This document shows positions 1 through 12,700 of a stretch of DNA of 64,000 bases, piece after piece. The translations under genes and the position numbers were made by a program. The stretch lies in NCBI RefSeq assembly GCF_022539665.2, contig NC_081333.1, positions 1,550,001-1,614,000 on the forward strand, read 5' to 3'. Within the stretch, counting starts at the first letter, position 1, and the number at the start of each line of letters is the position of its first letter. The notes under the pieces were generated by a model, which searched no databases, had not been told where the DNA came from, and saw nothing but the letters and a program-made list of their open reading frames with translations. This DNA comes from Daphnia carinata. Lineage: Eukaryota.

Positions 1-1166
1 CCACAACAGGTGGTTGGTTCGGTATTGCGGTGCGTGTTGAGGTCGTTGTGATGACGTGATATCATCACGGACCTCCCGCGGTAGGTTTTCCTAGGCGAAC
101 TCAAGACTGATAGTAACCTACAGTGCCTCGAAAAATATAAGAATTAACGCGAGAAGGTAACACAGAATGAAGGATGGCCGCCGGCATGAGTGGAGCTAAA
201 GGTGAGGAAGACAGTATAAGAACAGAAACAGATTACTTACATGGCCCACATAAGCCAGGTCGTGTCTTATTGGCCTACATTTTTACGCGTAGCCTCAGTG
301 TGATAACGTTTTATGAATTTCAGTTGTATGAGGTTAGTATAATCTTTGGCGACAATGTTCGTGCTTATTTCACGTCATAATGTAATTAGCTCTTTCTGTT
401 TTGTTTTGTTTTTCCTTGTCGTCCATCTGTTTCGAAATAGCCGGAGAAATTCGGGTGTTACTTTAAAAGCAAGTTTTTTACTGGAACATCATTCCAGATC
501 CATTAGTTGTTATTCTACTGGAACTTTCGAATTTTGCTAGTTTTACCTCTTTTTTTTTTCCTTCCTTAAATTGGATCAATGGCTTAATATCAATCGCTGT
601 TTAGTATTTTTGCCAGGCCAGCAGCTTTTAGGGTCTCTCTTTATTGCTTAAAGCTAATACTATCGCAACAACTATTTTTAAAACGATCCGACCTCATTGA
701 AAAAAAAAAAGCATTGCAAACAATGTCACCCAGAACATAACCTGTTGTTTCGTTACAATTGACACAAATGATACACACACAAAAAAGAGAGAACAGGATT
801 TAACCAAAAAAAAGACACTCAAACAAACAGAAAATCTTTTGTTGTTGTTGTTTGTGTGTGTGTGTGTGTGTATGATTCACAAAATAGAGCATAATCAAGT
901 GTGTTTTTATTTACAAAAGACATCAACCAATAATAGAACAAAGAAATTCGAGTTTGTTTGGAGAACAAACCGATGCGTAAAAAGATGGGGGGAGCATTGC
1001 TGATTGGCCAGGAAAAGAGTTTAAGGTCGCAGGTAGTGGACAAGCGGGAATAAGGCTGGGATCCAGCTGGAACGAAAGAATTGGAAAACAAAACAAAAAA
1101 AAAAGGGCCTGCCATTTTCTTTTGTTCGTGTGCGATACGTGCGCAAATTTTTCAATCGTTCAGTGA

Positions 1167-4100
1167 TCACATGTCTTTGCCGTTGTCCCTCACGCGGATG
1201 TTCAACAACTCTTCAATAGGCAAAATGGGATCGTTCGTTGCCATGGTGAAGAACGAATGACGCGGCTTTTCTTGAACTGGAACGGGTTCCTAATCAACAT
1301 TTCAATCTCAATTAAAACAGCTTAATCGCATGAAATCTTTTCATTGTTTTTTTGCATACCTTATCTTCTTTCTCTTCGATGTTGCTATCTACACGTTCGC
1401 TGGACAAGTCCGGCTTGTCCAAGAAAGGCTGACCAGCTGATTCGTAAGCATAACTTTGTTGCTGATGCGTTGGGTAATCCTGTTCCTCTTCAATCGGTTG
1501 TGGTTCGGGATTCTCAATGTCTTTGTCTGTCGCGATGGAAGCCACGCTCACGAGCTCAATCTTCGCAGATTCTGCCTCTTCCTCAGCCTTTGGCATGCTG
1601 GACGTCTCTGTTTTACCAGAAATCTGCGGCTCCGATGTGGGTGGCCATTGGTCAGGTGATGCGAGGACCGAGCCAGACTCTTCTTCATCATCCAATGACG
1701 GTTCGATGATCGGTGCAGCTGTTGTGGTACGAGCAAATTGCCCTGGTCTCATTCTCTTGTTAGGTCGTGGTGGAATACTGGGCATCTCCACCACCTCTTC
1801 CTTAACAACAGGTTTAGGACTGTCTTCCGCTAACAACCTTTCTTCCTCTTCTCGTTGCTGCTTCTGCTGGATTCTTCTTCGAACGAAAGGACTACCGGGC
1901 ATCTTGCCGAAGAGATTCTTCCTGCCAGAAGGCTCTTCTTCCTGGACATCAACTTGAACAGGGGCCACCTCAGCTGTTGGTGTAACCGGCTCTTCTTCTT
2001 TCACCGGTCGATTGGCCGAAGCCTTTGGTTTGAATCGTCTTTTGTATTGTTCGTAATTCGATTCTTTCGTTTCTTGGCTCTTTTCTACAGATACTGGAAC
2101 ACTCTCGGTCGTGCTGCTGGTAGACGTTGGGGAGGCAGTGACAGGCCTCCTAACAGGCATCCTCGGTGGTATTTTAGCCCGTGTTGTCGATGGTCTAGCC
2201 GTCGTGGTGGACGTGCTAGTCACTGAAACTGGAACGACTGGCTCCGCTATATTATCGGCAGTCGATTCGCCATCTTTCTTCGATTGGGCTAGTTGTTCTC
2301 GAAGTTTGGCCCGCTCTTTCATGGCTTCGATGCGTTGCTTGTACGACGTGATCCTCAGCTGGCCGGCCGAACTGTCTTTAGCCGCATTAGCTTTACTCTC
2401 CGTCTGGGCAGGTGATGGAGGCTGTGGACGGACGCGCTTATTGAATGGAGGGAAGAGCGTGCTTTTGGGTTCTTCCGGTGCGGCCGTTGTAGATACTGGA
2501 ACAGGCAGTTCAGGTGCTTCGGTCACACGAACAGGTGGCGCTGTGATCCGCAGGGGACTTTCCGTGGACGACATAACGGGCGGGAGGAAATCGGGAATGT
2601 CATCATCGGGATCGCTGCGATGTTCCATGGGCTCTTCTTTGATTGGTTGCACGTTGTGACGGGCTTGAACTGGCGCGTTGTTCAAATCAGCCGCATCGAA
2701 CTCATCTCCGCCGGCATCCAATTGGTCCACTCGGCCTATTTCTCCTCCGTTATCAAACGAATTTCCGGAAGGATGATGGGGTGGCCTCCTTCCACCCGGT
2801 CGTCGATGCCTTTCAGGCCGACGTGCGTCAGGATTCGGTTGTGGTCTGAGCCGTTGTTGCGTTGACTGAAGTCCGACGAGGCTCTGTGTTTAACGGGGGG
2901 GACGAAAATGAAAGGAATAAAGTTTAATGTTTCTAATTTCAATAGCGATTTGCATTTTGTGTGCATGTCTACCTTCAATGTGTTGAGACCCTGAGTGACG
3001 ATGGACGCGTCCCTGGGTCGTTGCGGTGGAGGCAGAGGGCGATGAGGTCGCGGCCTGTTGGGTGAAGGATGTTGTGGTCTTTTTTGCGTAGGGGCTACGA
3101 AAGGTGGCGAATCCTCGAATTCACTTTCGTTATTTCCTTTTGGATCATTTTCAGGTCCATTGAACTGTTCCTCGGGTTGGAATGAGGGTCTTCCGCCAGG
3201 TGGCCGCCGTCCTGGAATGGGCGCAACCGGCAGGGGTTCTTCCGGCTGATGCTGTTCGTGCTGTTGCTCTGGTTCGTGATGATGTTGAACGTGCTGTTGT
3301 TCCCTGTGAGGCTCTTGCCTTTGTTCCTCATAAGGATCGTAGGCATTGCCTTCCGGTTGACCTTGCTTTGTATGCCAAGGATTGCTCTGAGTCGGCTCAG
3401 ATTCCGGCCCAGGGCGGGACTCGGGACGACGTTGACGCACGTTATTCTTCTTCCCGTGTTGAACTTGTTCTTGATTGTCGTAGATCGGTTGATGATGTTC
3501 CTTCGTTCTGTGATGCTCTTTCGGCCTGTAATGTTCTTCCGGTCTATGATTCTCTTCCGGCCTGTGATGTTCTTCAGGTTGACCGTAATTCACACCGTCC
3601 TCTTCAGGCCTGTAAGGCTGTTGCTGATGATGATACGGCGCTTGCAAATCAGATTGATGATCCCGCTGGAAGTCTTCCGCTTCCTCCTGATAGCGTTGCA
3701 CCGGCGCAACGGTCGGATTGCTGGGCTTGTATTTTGGCACGTTAACAAAATTCTCGCGCGATGGTTGCTCTTCAGGCCGGTACGGAGTCCTCGGCTTATT
3801 CTTGCGATTCGATTCCGGCGCCGGATGGCGTGGTGGCCAATCTCCAGCTGGCTGTTGAGGCGCCAACTGCTGCCGCTGATGGTGTTGTTGGCCGACCTGG
3901 AACTGTCGCTGGTTGGGCGAGGCCTGCAGGTTCGTCGAAAAGAAACTAGGTCGTTCGGCTTCGAAAACGGACGCTTCTGGTGGCGCCGTGTTTCGCTCTA
4001 ATGGCTGCTGCTGCTGCTGCTGTCGTAGCTGTTGCTTCCGCACACCTGGCTGGCCTTGTTTCGCTTTGGCTGCTTGCTGTCGTTCCGTCTCCGTTGCTTC

Positions 4101-5337
4101 GTCCACGTATGTCGACGGCCTTCCGTTTTCCCGCTGTTGGACTTGGCCCTCGTACTCGTGCGGATGTTGGCGGCCGACTTGCCCCGAGCCAAGTTGCGTG
4201 CGGAAAATTGTTTTACCATAATCAAACGCTTGGTGCTGTTCCACATCTGCCTCTTCGGTGCTAACCGCCTGTGGCTGACGGCGCGATTCAGGTTGATGGA
4301 CGAACTGCTGGACGAACTGGTGGCGACGTTGCGTCGCAGCAGGAGCCGCTACCTTCGCGTAAAAATCGTCCTGACCTCCGCTGACGGACATGCTGGCATC
4401 CACCGACGTCAACGATGGCGACTCGTCGTACGAACTCTGACCTCCTTCCGATTCGTCCATTTTAGAATGGATGCTCATTTGCTTGTCTTGATGAGCGCTG
4501 TTGGAAATGGCAGCTGCTTCTTCTTCGTAATCGTATTCACTCGAGTCGTAAGAGATAGCGGATTTGCGACTGGCCGTTTGTTGTTGCTGTTTGTTCTGAC
4601 GTCGATGTTGCTCCGGCTTTGGTTCAGCAACCGTACGGTACGGCTCTTTGAGATCGACCGTAGGAGCCACAGGTGGTGGTGGTATTTTTTTCAGGTCGAC
4701 AACATGCTGAGTGACAGCTGCTGGATCGCGTTGTTTGACAGCAGGGGCCGGCTTCGGCTCCGCTTGGGGTCGTTGCGACGTTGATGGACGATCGGCTTCG
4801 AATCGAATGTGCTGTACGGGACGAATAGCCGTGTCCGTCCATTGTCTTCTAGGCGGCTGAAGCGTCGTGTGAATGATCTGCGGCGGAGGTTGAGGATGCT
4901 GTGATGGCTCCGGGACGTATTGGTTCGATTTTTTGGCCGATCGGGGTGGCCATTCTACCACCTCTTCTTCGAAGAAGCTCCTGACTTGCGCCTGGGCAAC
5001 GGGGAAAGCCACTTGAGGCTGTTGATTGGGTAAGAGCCACGGTGGTGGCATGGCAATGTCTTCCGGAGCGAAGGGCACTCGATTGCCACCGGCATGATTG
5101 CTACTCCTGGCCCACTGAGCTGATCGATGCTCCTGGGCTGTATTGAGGTCCATCAATCGTTTCCAGCCTTCGTCGGCTTTGATCAGTGACAGAGTCATCG
5201 CTAAAATGAATTAGAATTTAAAAAATAAAGGGGATTTTAACGGACTAAATCATTTATGAAAGGAAAGTCTGGCGGAATCACGACAGGATCGATCCAAACT
5301 CACCTGCGAATAATAAGCAGCACTTCAATCTCCCCAT
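1167..5337 (-). CDS. Secreted, intrinsically disordered Gln/Pro/Glu/His-rich protein (~1302 aa), unknown family; 4 coding exons
   Basis: Exons 5337-5304, 5200-2973, 2883-1360 and 1289-1167 have GT-AG boundaries and sum to 3909 nt, which is in frame. They join ORFs 2736..5198 and 1312..2730. The N-terminus MGRLKCCLLFAAMTLSLIKA|DEG looks like a signal peptide. The C-terminus is ...RHSFFTMATNDPILPIEELLNIRVRDNGKDM*. No globular domain recognised. Confidence 0.85.
3490..3579 (-). repeat. Coding 18-bp tandem repeat, ~5 degenerate copies (PEEHHR-like hexapeptide)
   Basis: Translation reads PEEHHR PEENHR PEEHYR PKEHHR TKEHHQ. Confidence 0.8.
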
Positions 5338-7470
5338 TTTTTGTTCAATTGATCCCGCTTTCAACGGCAAAATGCGGACTTTCAAGATCAAGCGGATACC
5401 TTGCTCACGAGAAAAACTGAAACTCACGGGAATCACCAGTTGGAACTTGTAAAAAAAGCCGATAGGGAAGAGGGGTCGATCACGAAAAAGGAGAAGAGAT
5501 AAGAGAAGAGAGCGAACGAGCCGCGTTACTAACGCAGGTAGCTGCTGGTAGGATAATGAAGTCGCAACCGACCGGGCACTGCCTTCTTGTAACATTGACG
5601 GTGGCCAAGAGAACCATCCACATGACGTTCTCGTTCAGCTTTCAGGAAGAGCTTCAACGAAACCAGCCTAAAGGCCCCATGCTTTGGGTACGACTATAGC
5701 CCATCAGCGTGAGGAAAAAAATTACATACAAATGGGGAAGAGGAAAACAAAAATAATAATAAACATGAATATGAAAAAAAAAAAAAAAAGAAGAGCTTGA
5801 CTTCAGTCATCCATATCTTAGTTGTTATTTTTTATTTGTTTATTTTTTATATCTCTAGAAAAAGAAAAAAAAATTCATTAAGATGCTGAACATCTCAAGC
5901 AGCTTGCTCTCGGCAACTTGGTTCGTGTGACAATATCCAGCAATCCGACCTGGTTCTTTCAAAAGCAGTTTCGTGCAGCAGCCGGCCTTCTTGGAGCTGG
6001 CCCGTTATGTTGCAGATGCAACAGCTCTGTCGTTTCGTTATAAAAATAAAAGACGAACTAAACACCTTACAGGTGATGACAAACACACACACACATTCTT
6101 CGGCCTCTAAGAAGCTTCAAAAGTTATAGCGACCATTTAAAATAGAGGGATTTTCCGCGCAAATTATATAACCTAGATTGAATGCCCAAGTGACCCTTGC
6201 GGGGCACCGCTAGCTGCCGTAAGGTGTTTCATTTTTTTTTTTTCCCCTAAATTATTTATTTTATCTTATCGTTATTCTTTTCTTTTTTCCCCCTCCGTTC
6301 GGCTTCTGGTGCGCGCGGACCTCGTAGAGGAACCTGAGGCTTTTTGTGTGTGTCTAATTTTAATGGATACAGATGGACGGGCAGTAAAGAGTCTACCGTA
6401 GCGATGGTGCTGTCGTCATTATTCATCTGCGTCATAAAAGGAGTTATCTTTTTTTTTGTTTGAATTCTTTTTTTCTTTTCGATTTATTTTACGAGCTTAT
6501 TTGCGTGTGTGTGTAAGCAAAGCAAGAAAATGTTTTCCGAGGTGCCTAGTGTGTGTGTGCGTGAGTGATCATATCCCATTCACCAAACGCCTCGCAGCTA
6601 CGTGTCCAGCAACGGTCTAAAAAGAACAGCCAACAATAGTCGTGTTCCAAAAAAAAAAAAAAAAAACGATTTGCCCACCTGTTGCCTCACTAAGAATATT
6701 ACAGTATATACATGTATTATATCCATATTTCTTTTTCCGTGTTCTTCTCCTTCCCGTTGAACATTGAGAACAGCAGTACCACCTTCGGGCCATCAGTTCG
6801 TATTCGCTTCTTTTATATGCAAAAAAAGAACAAAAACGATAAGGTCTTAGCTGATCAGGAGACCATCTGAAGGTGATTTATCGGGCAGGTAGAGGGTCGG
6901 TCTCTCTATTGAACCGGTTGGCCAGCGTGCCCCCATTGCCATTTCCCGTTCCGATCTGACATCTTGATGGCTGAATTGCGCAATTTTTTAGCAACCGGCT
7001 GTTGTTGTGAACCTCTAGTGGGGTATGATAAATGTTGTTATTTGTTCAGTCACGATGTAGCGTCTTTCTTCTACTGTGTTTGATGCGTCAATGGACAAGG
7101 AGATGGCCTGGAAAGAAATTAAACAAGAGAAAGCGTTCGAATAACAAGATGGGACGAATGTCATTTGTTTCCCATTGTTCACACAAAAGCTCGAGATTTC
7201 TTTTGTTGTTGCATATCATTCGTTGCACTGACGTCTTACATCACGAGTGTCATTTTCTATTTTCCTTTTTATCCCTACGGTTAAAAATTGCGCAGTTGAG
7301 AACAGAAAGAAATTCGACCCAAGGAATTCCCCATCTCGAATAATTGATTTAATTCCGGGAATTTTTTTTTCTTTTCCCAATTATCAATTGAGAACAAGCA
7401 GAGCCAAAGCTCCGGAATGATGTGTAACATCAGCCGATCCATTATTCAGTGGTGCAACAGCTGTACTCAC

Positions 7471-8021
7471 GTCTCATTCCCTTTCCCTTGGTGCCTGCCA
7501 AACATGATTGGGGTTCTGCAGCTTTCACGGATGCCTTCTCCAAGTCATCCTTTAGGCTAAAGGTTCTGTCCATTAATTTTATTAGACGTATACGCTTCCA
7601 AAGCAAGGAGAGCGATTGCCCTTCGGAAAGCTAGTGTTCTGGTTCTGCTCTGTCTCCTCTTCGTTCTGTCCGTTCAACCGATGGTGCGCTCCACCGTCTT
7701 TGGCGTTTGACTTTGCGTGAACATTTCACGCACGTTCCGTCGCTACATCTGGCCACCCCGTTGTGTATCATGTCACGCTCTCTTGGCTTCTTCGTTCTTC
7801 TTCATTGGCTTCGTCCATCGTTTTCTTTCGATGGCCAGCCAACGTCAACACCCCGCTCGAGGGGTTGGAACGCAACAGCCACCCACTAACCTGAATTTGG
7901 GTTTGTTGTTGTTTGTGTTGTTGTTGTTGTGTGCGTTTGTTCGATTGTGCAACACGGTCGCCTCACGCAGTTTCGTCGGTTGCCTCTGCGGGCGTTTGTG
8001 GCTTGTTTGAATGTTGAATGA
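7471..8021 (-). other. Candidate distal non-coding first exon / alternative promoter of the secreted-protein gene
   Basis: Minus-strand donor GTGAGT at 7470-7465 and an Initiator-like TCATTC at ~8021-8016. Only short ATG-initiated ORFs lie in between. Inference only. Confidence 0.3.
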
Positions 8022-9763
8022 TTGCGCATTTACCGCTATACATTATGAGACACATAAATTCGTGCATTCTTCCGCCTGACCGCCGGCCCGACCGGAAAAG
8101 ACCAGAAACCAATATCTATAAAAAGGACAAATAACACGCGTTTTACGAAGGGACATTTTACTAATGTTTGGGTGGAGTTTAAATAAGCGATCGTCATTTA
8201 TTTTGTGTTTGTCATTGAAAACATTGTTCTTTTAATTGCGAATACCCATACAAAAGGGACAACGTATAAAGAGGGTCCGCCATTGTCTGCACTTTGTTTT
8301 TGCTCTCGTTTCTTTTTTCGTGATTTTTATGTGTACGATTTTCAAGCGTTTTCATAATTCCATTGTTTCGTCGAGTATTTAGACCTCATTGTAACCCGTT
8401 TTTTTTTTAATGGACGCATTGGCCGCAGATCATTCTCTGCCTTATGCATTCCTTCGTTATGTTGTGCCCTGGCAATTATGTAATAAACGTAACGTATGAC
8501 ATCGAGTAAAAGCACCACAAGAAACATCTAACGGTAGCGTATAAACAATAGCAAAACAACTGGGCAAGCAATAACACGGCAAATTATGTCTATACGATAT
8601 TTTATTATCCAATCATCCGAGGGCGTTCACTTGCTCTAGACATCGACATAAAAACGGGTACAAAGGACACACACGCAAAGAGATCAAGTTCATCTTTCCG
8701 CAGACGCTGGTAATCAGCGACGGCAGATCTTGAATTCGCCATTCACGTGTGTGATCTCTTCGATAACGAGGCATAAGGAAGAATGTTTAATAATCTGGAA
8801 GAAATGACACAGCAGTTAGCTGAACTGCTTTACCAAGGGAGAACGGTACAGGGCGGCTAGCCAGATACCCCCCATGAAGCTCTTGCTCTCTTCTCAGAGG
8901 ATAATCGCGGATTAAACAGGGAAAATGGGCACGAGCAAATATATCGGGATACTGTAATCAAAATAGCGAGAGAAGAGGTAAATATATATATATAAAAAAA
9001 AAACCGCAATCACGAGGTTCACGCGCACCAAATGTCAACATTGTCAGCGTGGTTTGCGTTGCGAATGTTGCACACCATTAAGACGTAAATATACAGTTTA
9101 TGTATGGGACCGTCACGGGAAACTTGGTCCCAACTGAGGGGCTTCATAGTAAACCTAGATTGGGATGAGAATATGTGTGCAACACACTTTGGCCCTTCTT
9201 TTTCGAACAAGGAAAAAACAAAATACGATGGGGGTCTATTTTCGTCACGCTATTATATACGTACGTAGTAGAAAATTGGAAATTGAGAGGGCAACATCAG
9301 ATGAAAGAGAAAGACGATTGGAGAGACATAGAAGAAGAAAAACAGCAACATTTTATAACGACTTGTTAATTACACTAGCATGATGTCGTGTTATTATTTT
9401 TAGCAAATAATATTATGACAAGCAGCTGATGCAACACAAAATTGTGAAAATATAGCTCGCTTTTTCTTGCCACGTTTCGCTTGCATACCCTGCGTATAAC
9501 ATAAACGCCATGATTATCAAAATCAAAGTACGAAGTGCGAGACAAAGGGAATGAAATTGTTTTAAATGAAGAACGATAGTAATGGCTATTTCCTTTTTTT
9601 TACGTGAACATCAGAAACTGTAATGTTTTTTTTTTTACAAGCATGAACGTCTTTCACGTTACGTGTTGAACGTGCCTTATTTCCCTCGAGAAATCCACGT
9701 GAATTTCGATCCCGACGGGCATTGATACAAAGACAGCTCGTATAGTCGGAATGCTGATCAATC

Positions 9764-12700
9764 TTAAACCGTGAGGTCGTCCTTCGTTTTCTGCACGTCG
9801 TGCAACTGCGCTTCTTCCTTGGATACGCTAACGACTGTTGCGTTGTACTCCGAGTCCCGTGAGCGTTGCGTCTGCAGCCGGATCAGCATCTCGACCTGGT
9901 TTTGAATAATAGAAACGTGACATCAAGTATGCAAGGCGATACATCATTTCTAAGCAGAATATTTAAATCTGTACGACACGTTAGTTAGCAATAAGCAAAC
10001 AACCATCGTGACTAGACTAATACGTGCATAACACAATTGAATAGCATTCGATTAAAGTTGGGAAATTCGTGCGTCGCAATGGTGGACACAGATGCGTTCG
10101 CAAGTGCGTCCACTCGTGCGTCACGCTGCGTGACAATATTCTCATTTTTGTACACGGTTCAATAGAATCACGACTCTTTCTTAAATCCCCAAAAAAAACA
10201 CTGACTTTAAGCAGCGGATGTTTACAAGAGAAAAGAAACGGATGCCCTTTTCTTTCCTCTTTGAAAAAAAAAAAAATATTACTGGTTTATTTATTTGTGC
10301 CTATTTTTCTGTTGTTCAAAATTTTACCTCTCTACGCGATTCGACGCATCCGGAGCACATGCAAGTGCCCTGGTTCACTTTGCCCAGGTACATTCCTTCC
10401 TTGTCGTACGTCGGCCGGTCAATCTCGCCGTCTTTCGTGTCTCTAAATGCATCAGCAGATGGTTGAAATTAATAACTACGTGCGGGGGCACCAGCTGCTT
10501 TTGATTTTTAATGACGAGGATCATATGAGCGCGTCGATTGGAATTTAGCAGGAAAAAAATATAAATGGTTGATAATCGTTATGAAACCTGCGATGGCGGT
10601 AACGGCAGTGACGGTCCCCGACGTTGGTTTTCCTCCGGCAGCACATGTCTTGCCACAAATGACGCAATTCACGACGCAGTGAAGCGTTGGTCAGCCCGTA
10701 TAGAAGAGGATTCATCATGCAAGACATTTTGGCGAAGACCGTCGGGAAAATGTACCTTTGCGTAACAATAGACCATATAGAGACGGTTAATTGGTATCAT
10801 TATATTTTGGTATATGTACAAAAAGAAAATGATAACTAGCGATTGCAGAGCTACCGACTTTGTAATCAGATGATTTCAGAATCAGACGTAGCAAAAAAGT
10901 AGAACCCCCACAACATCGTTAGCCCATTTACGGTCCCCTCCTACCAAGGGTCTTCCACCTCCAAAATCCCCCCGTCTGTTCCCTTGCTGGTTAAACGGCC
11001 ACCCAAAAATAGAATAATAACAAATGACAATTAGTTACGATATTACGAGGCTCTTCCGTCTATCACGTACCTTCTCACGCTCTATATAACCGGAATAACG
11101 AGGGCGCTATTACGATAAAAAAAAAATAGGAAATGTTCTCGATTATCTTAGGTACTAATTTTGACTTCGTAATTACACGCCCATTTACCAAAGCACACAT
11201 TGGGCAGTGGAACAACATTTTGGGATTAAACGGTATTCAACTAAACTATCGGTGCTGCATTTTAATGATCGGGACCTATTTAGTGCGCAATGCTAATAAC
11301 GTTCGCATTTAGATGTCGCCGGAAAGCTTCTTGTTAGTTCGTAATTGACGTCGTTGGTACGTGTACTTGCATGCAGTCGATAGGTTGGTTCAAAGGGGAC
11401 GCTAGACGATGATCAGAGAAGACCTGATTGTGCTAGAGATACACCATTGCTCGACTGCGCAAGCCACACTGAGCTCATGTCAGCCGTGATAAAACCGAGT
11501 GAGGAGTCAAGACGTGCGTGTGTGTTATAAAAACACGGAGTTCAATTGATTGCATGACGTACGTAGAACCACAATAAAGCTGAAGACAAAGAGTTCAACC
11601 TTAAAACTCTGTTATTATTGCATTTTGATTTCCCACTACTTATTTTTGTCGCCCCGGAATTCTTCAGTTCCATTTCGCAGAACTTGTTGGCATTCTTTTA
11701 AAACGGGATAAGTGGATCCGATCGAGAAAAAAAAATGGGAACGCAAACGCTCCCATTTCACATATCAAATGGAACGTGGAAGTCATGTTGTCAAATTCTT
11801 TTAGCTTTGAATCCAGAAGCCAGTGTTAATTTTCACCAATCAAAAGATGATTGGAGCTTGATGGATGGCTAAATGACAGGCAAAGGTTATCGTCTTGTAG
11901 AGCGTAGGTTCACTAACAACATTTCTCCAGGAGATCAAAAGGCGTTTTTAACTTGTAAAACGGAACAAGCAAGCCAGTAGGGATTGTATTTGCCTTGAGT
12001 GGTTTTGACAGGTTTTGACGTTTTATTACACGCCATCGGATTGAAATCGGCCCCAAAGTTTTCCCATCGTCAATTGAGGTCAGCATTACACGAATCTCCC
12101 TTTCGATTTCCCACTTTTCTTCACATCCAAAATCCAAAGTTTCACGTCCTTTCTTATTTACGACTTTGGAGAAAACGTTTGACAGTTATTCTCACGTCGC
12201 TCCGTCTCAATACCCCGCATTATCGCGCAAACGCAAACTATTTACGATTGGAAAGCGCCCAATGAAATGAGAAATTTAAATTTCTGAATATCGCGTTGTC
12301 TCAATAATTTTGCATGAGCTTCGCTAACGTAAAATTATACCATACTCGCTATTCACTGATGCCGATGCTATGTCCTAATTTATTGCGCTTGTGCGCTACG
12401 CAATAGAAGAGCCTCCGTACCCCATCTAGGTTTCGAGGAAAGTAACTTTAAAGTAAAAAAAAATGATCGGAAAGCAAAGGAAAATGAATTACAAAAATAT
12501 AATATGAATGTACCAGAAAGTCGGCAAGTCCGGATGATAGATGGAAACAAATGACATGATGGCGTAGGGAGACCAAATGATGAAGAACGTTAGCACCATT
12601 AACACGTTCAGCTGTGAAGATAATAAAGGCGATTATTGAACAAAGGTAATGTGATGAACATATTCCGTAAATAGTACCTTAAGAACTTGTATTTCAACCT

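Noticed and set aside
1..540. Possible LTR or transposon end at the window start
   Set aside because: Composition differs slightly from flanking DNA, but no terminal repeat, primer-binding site or coding remnant can be verified within the window.
1344..4784. Many long plus-strand ORFs (e.g. 3249..4001, 4032..4784, 2111..2659)
   Set aside because: Antisense shadows of the GC-rich low-complexity exons of the minus-strand gene; no independent splice or domain signals.
9764..9778. Opsin C-terminus DDLTV as a ligand for the neighbouring GIPC PDZ domain
   Set aside because: GIPC prefers class I S/T-x-V/A/L tails; here position -2 is Leu. Genomic proximity in eukaryotes is not evidence of interaction.
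10480..10497. Possible in-frame 18-nt micro-exon in the opsin C-tail
   Set aside because: It would leave a 37-nt downstream intron, well below the ~60-nt minimum seen elsewhere in the window.
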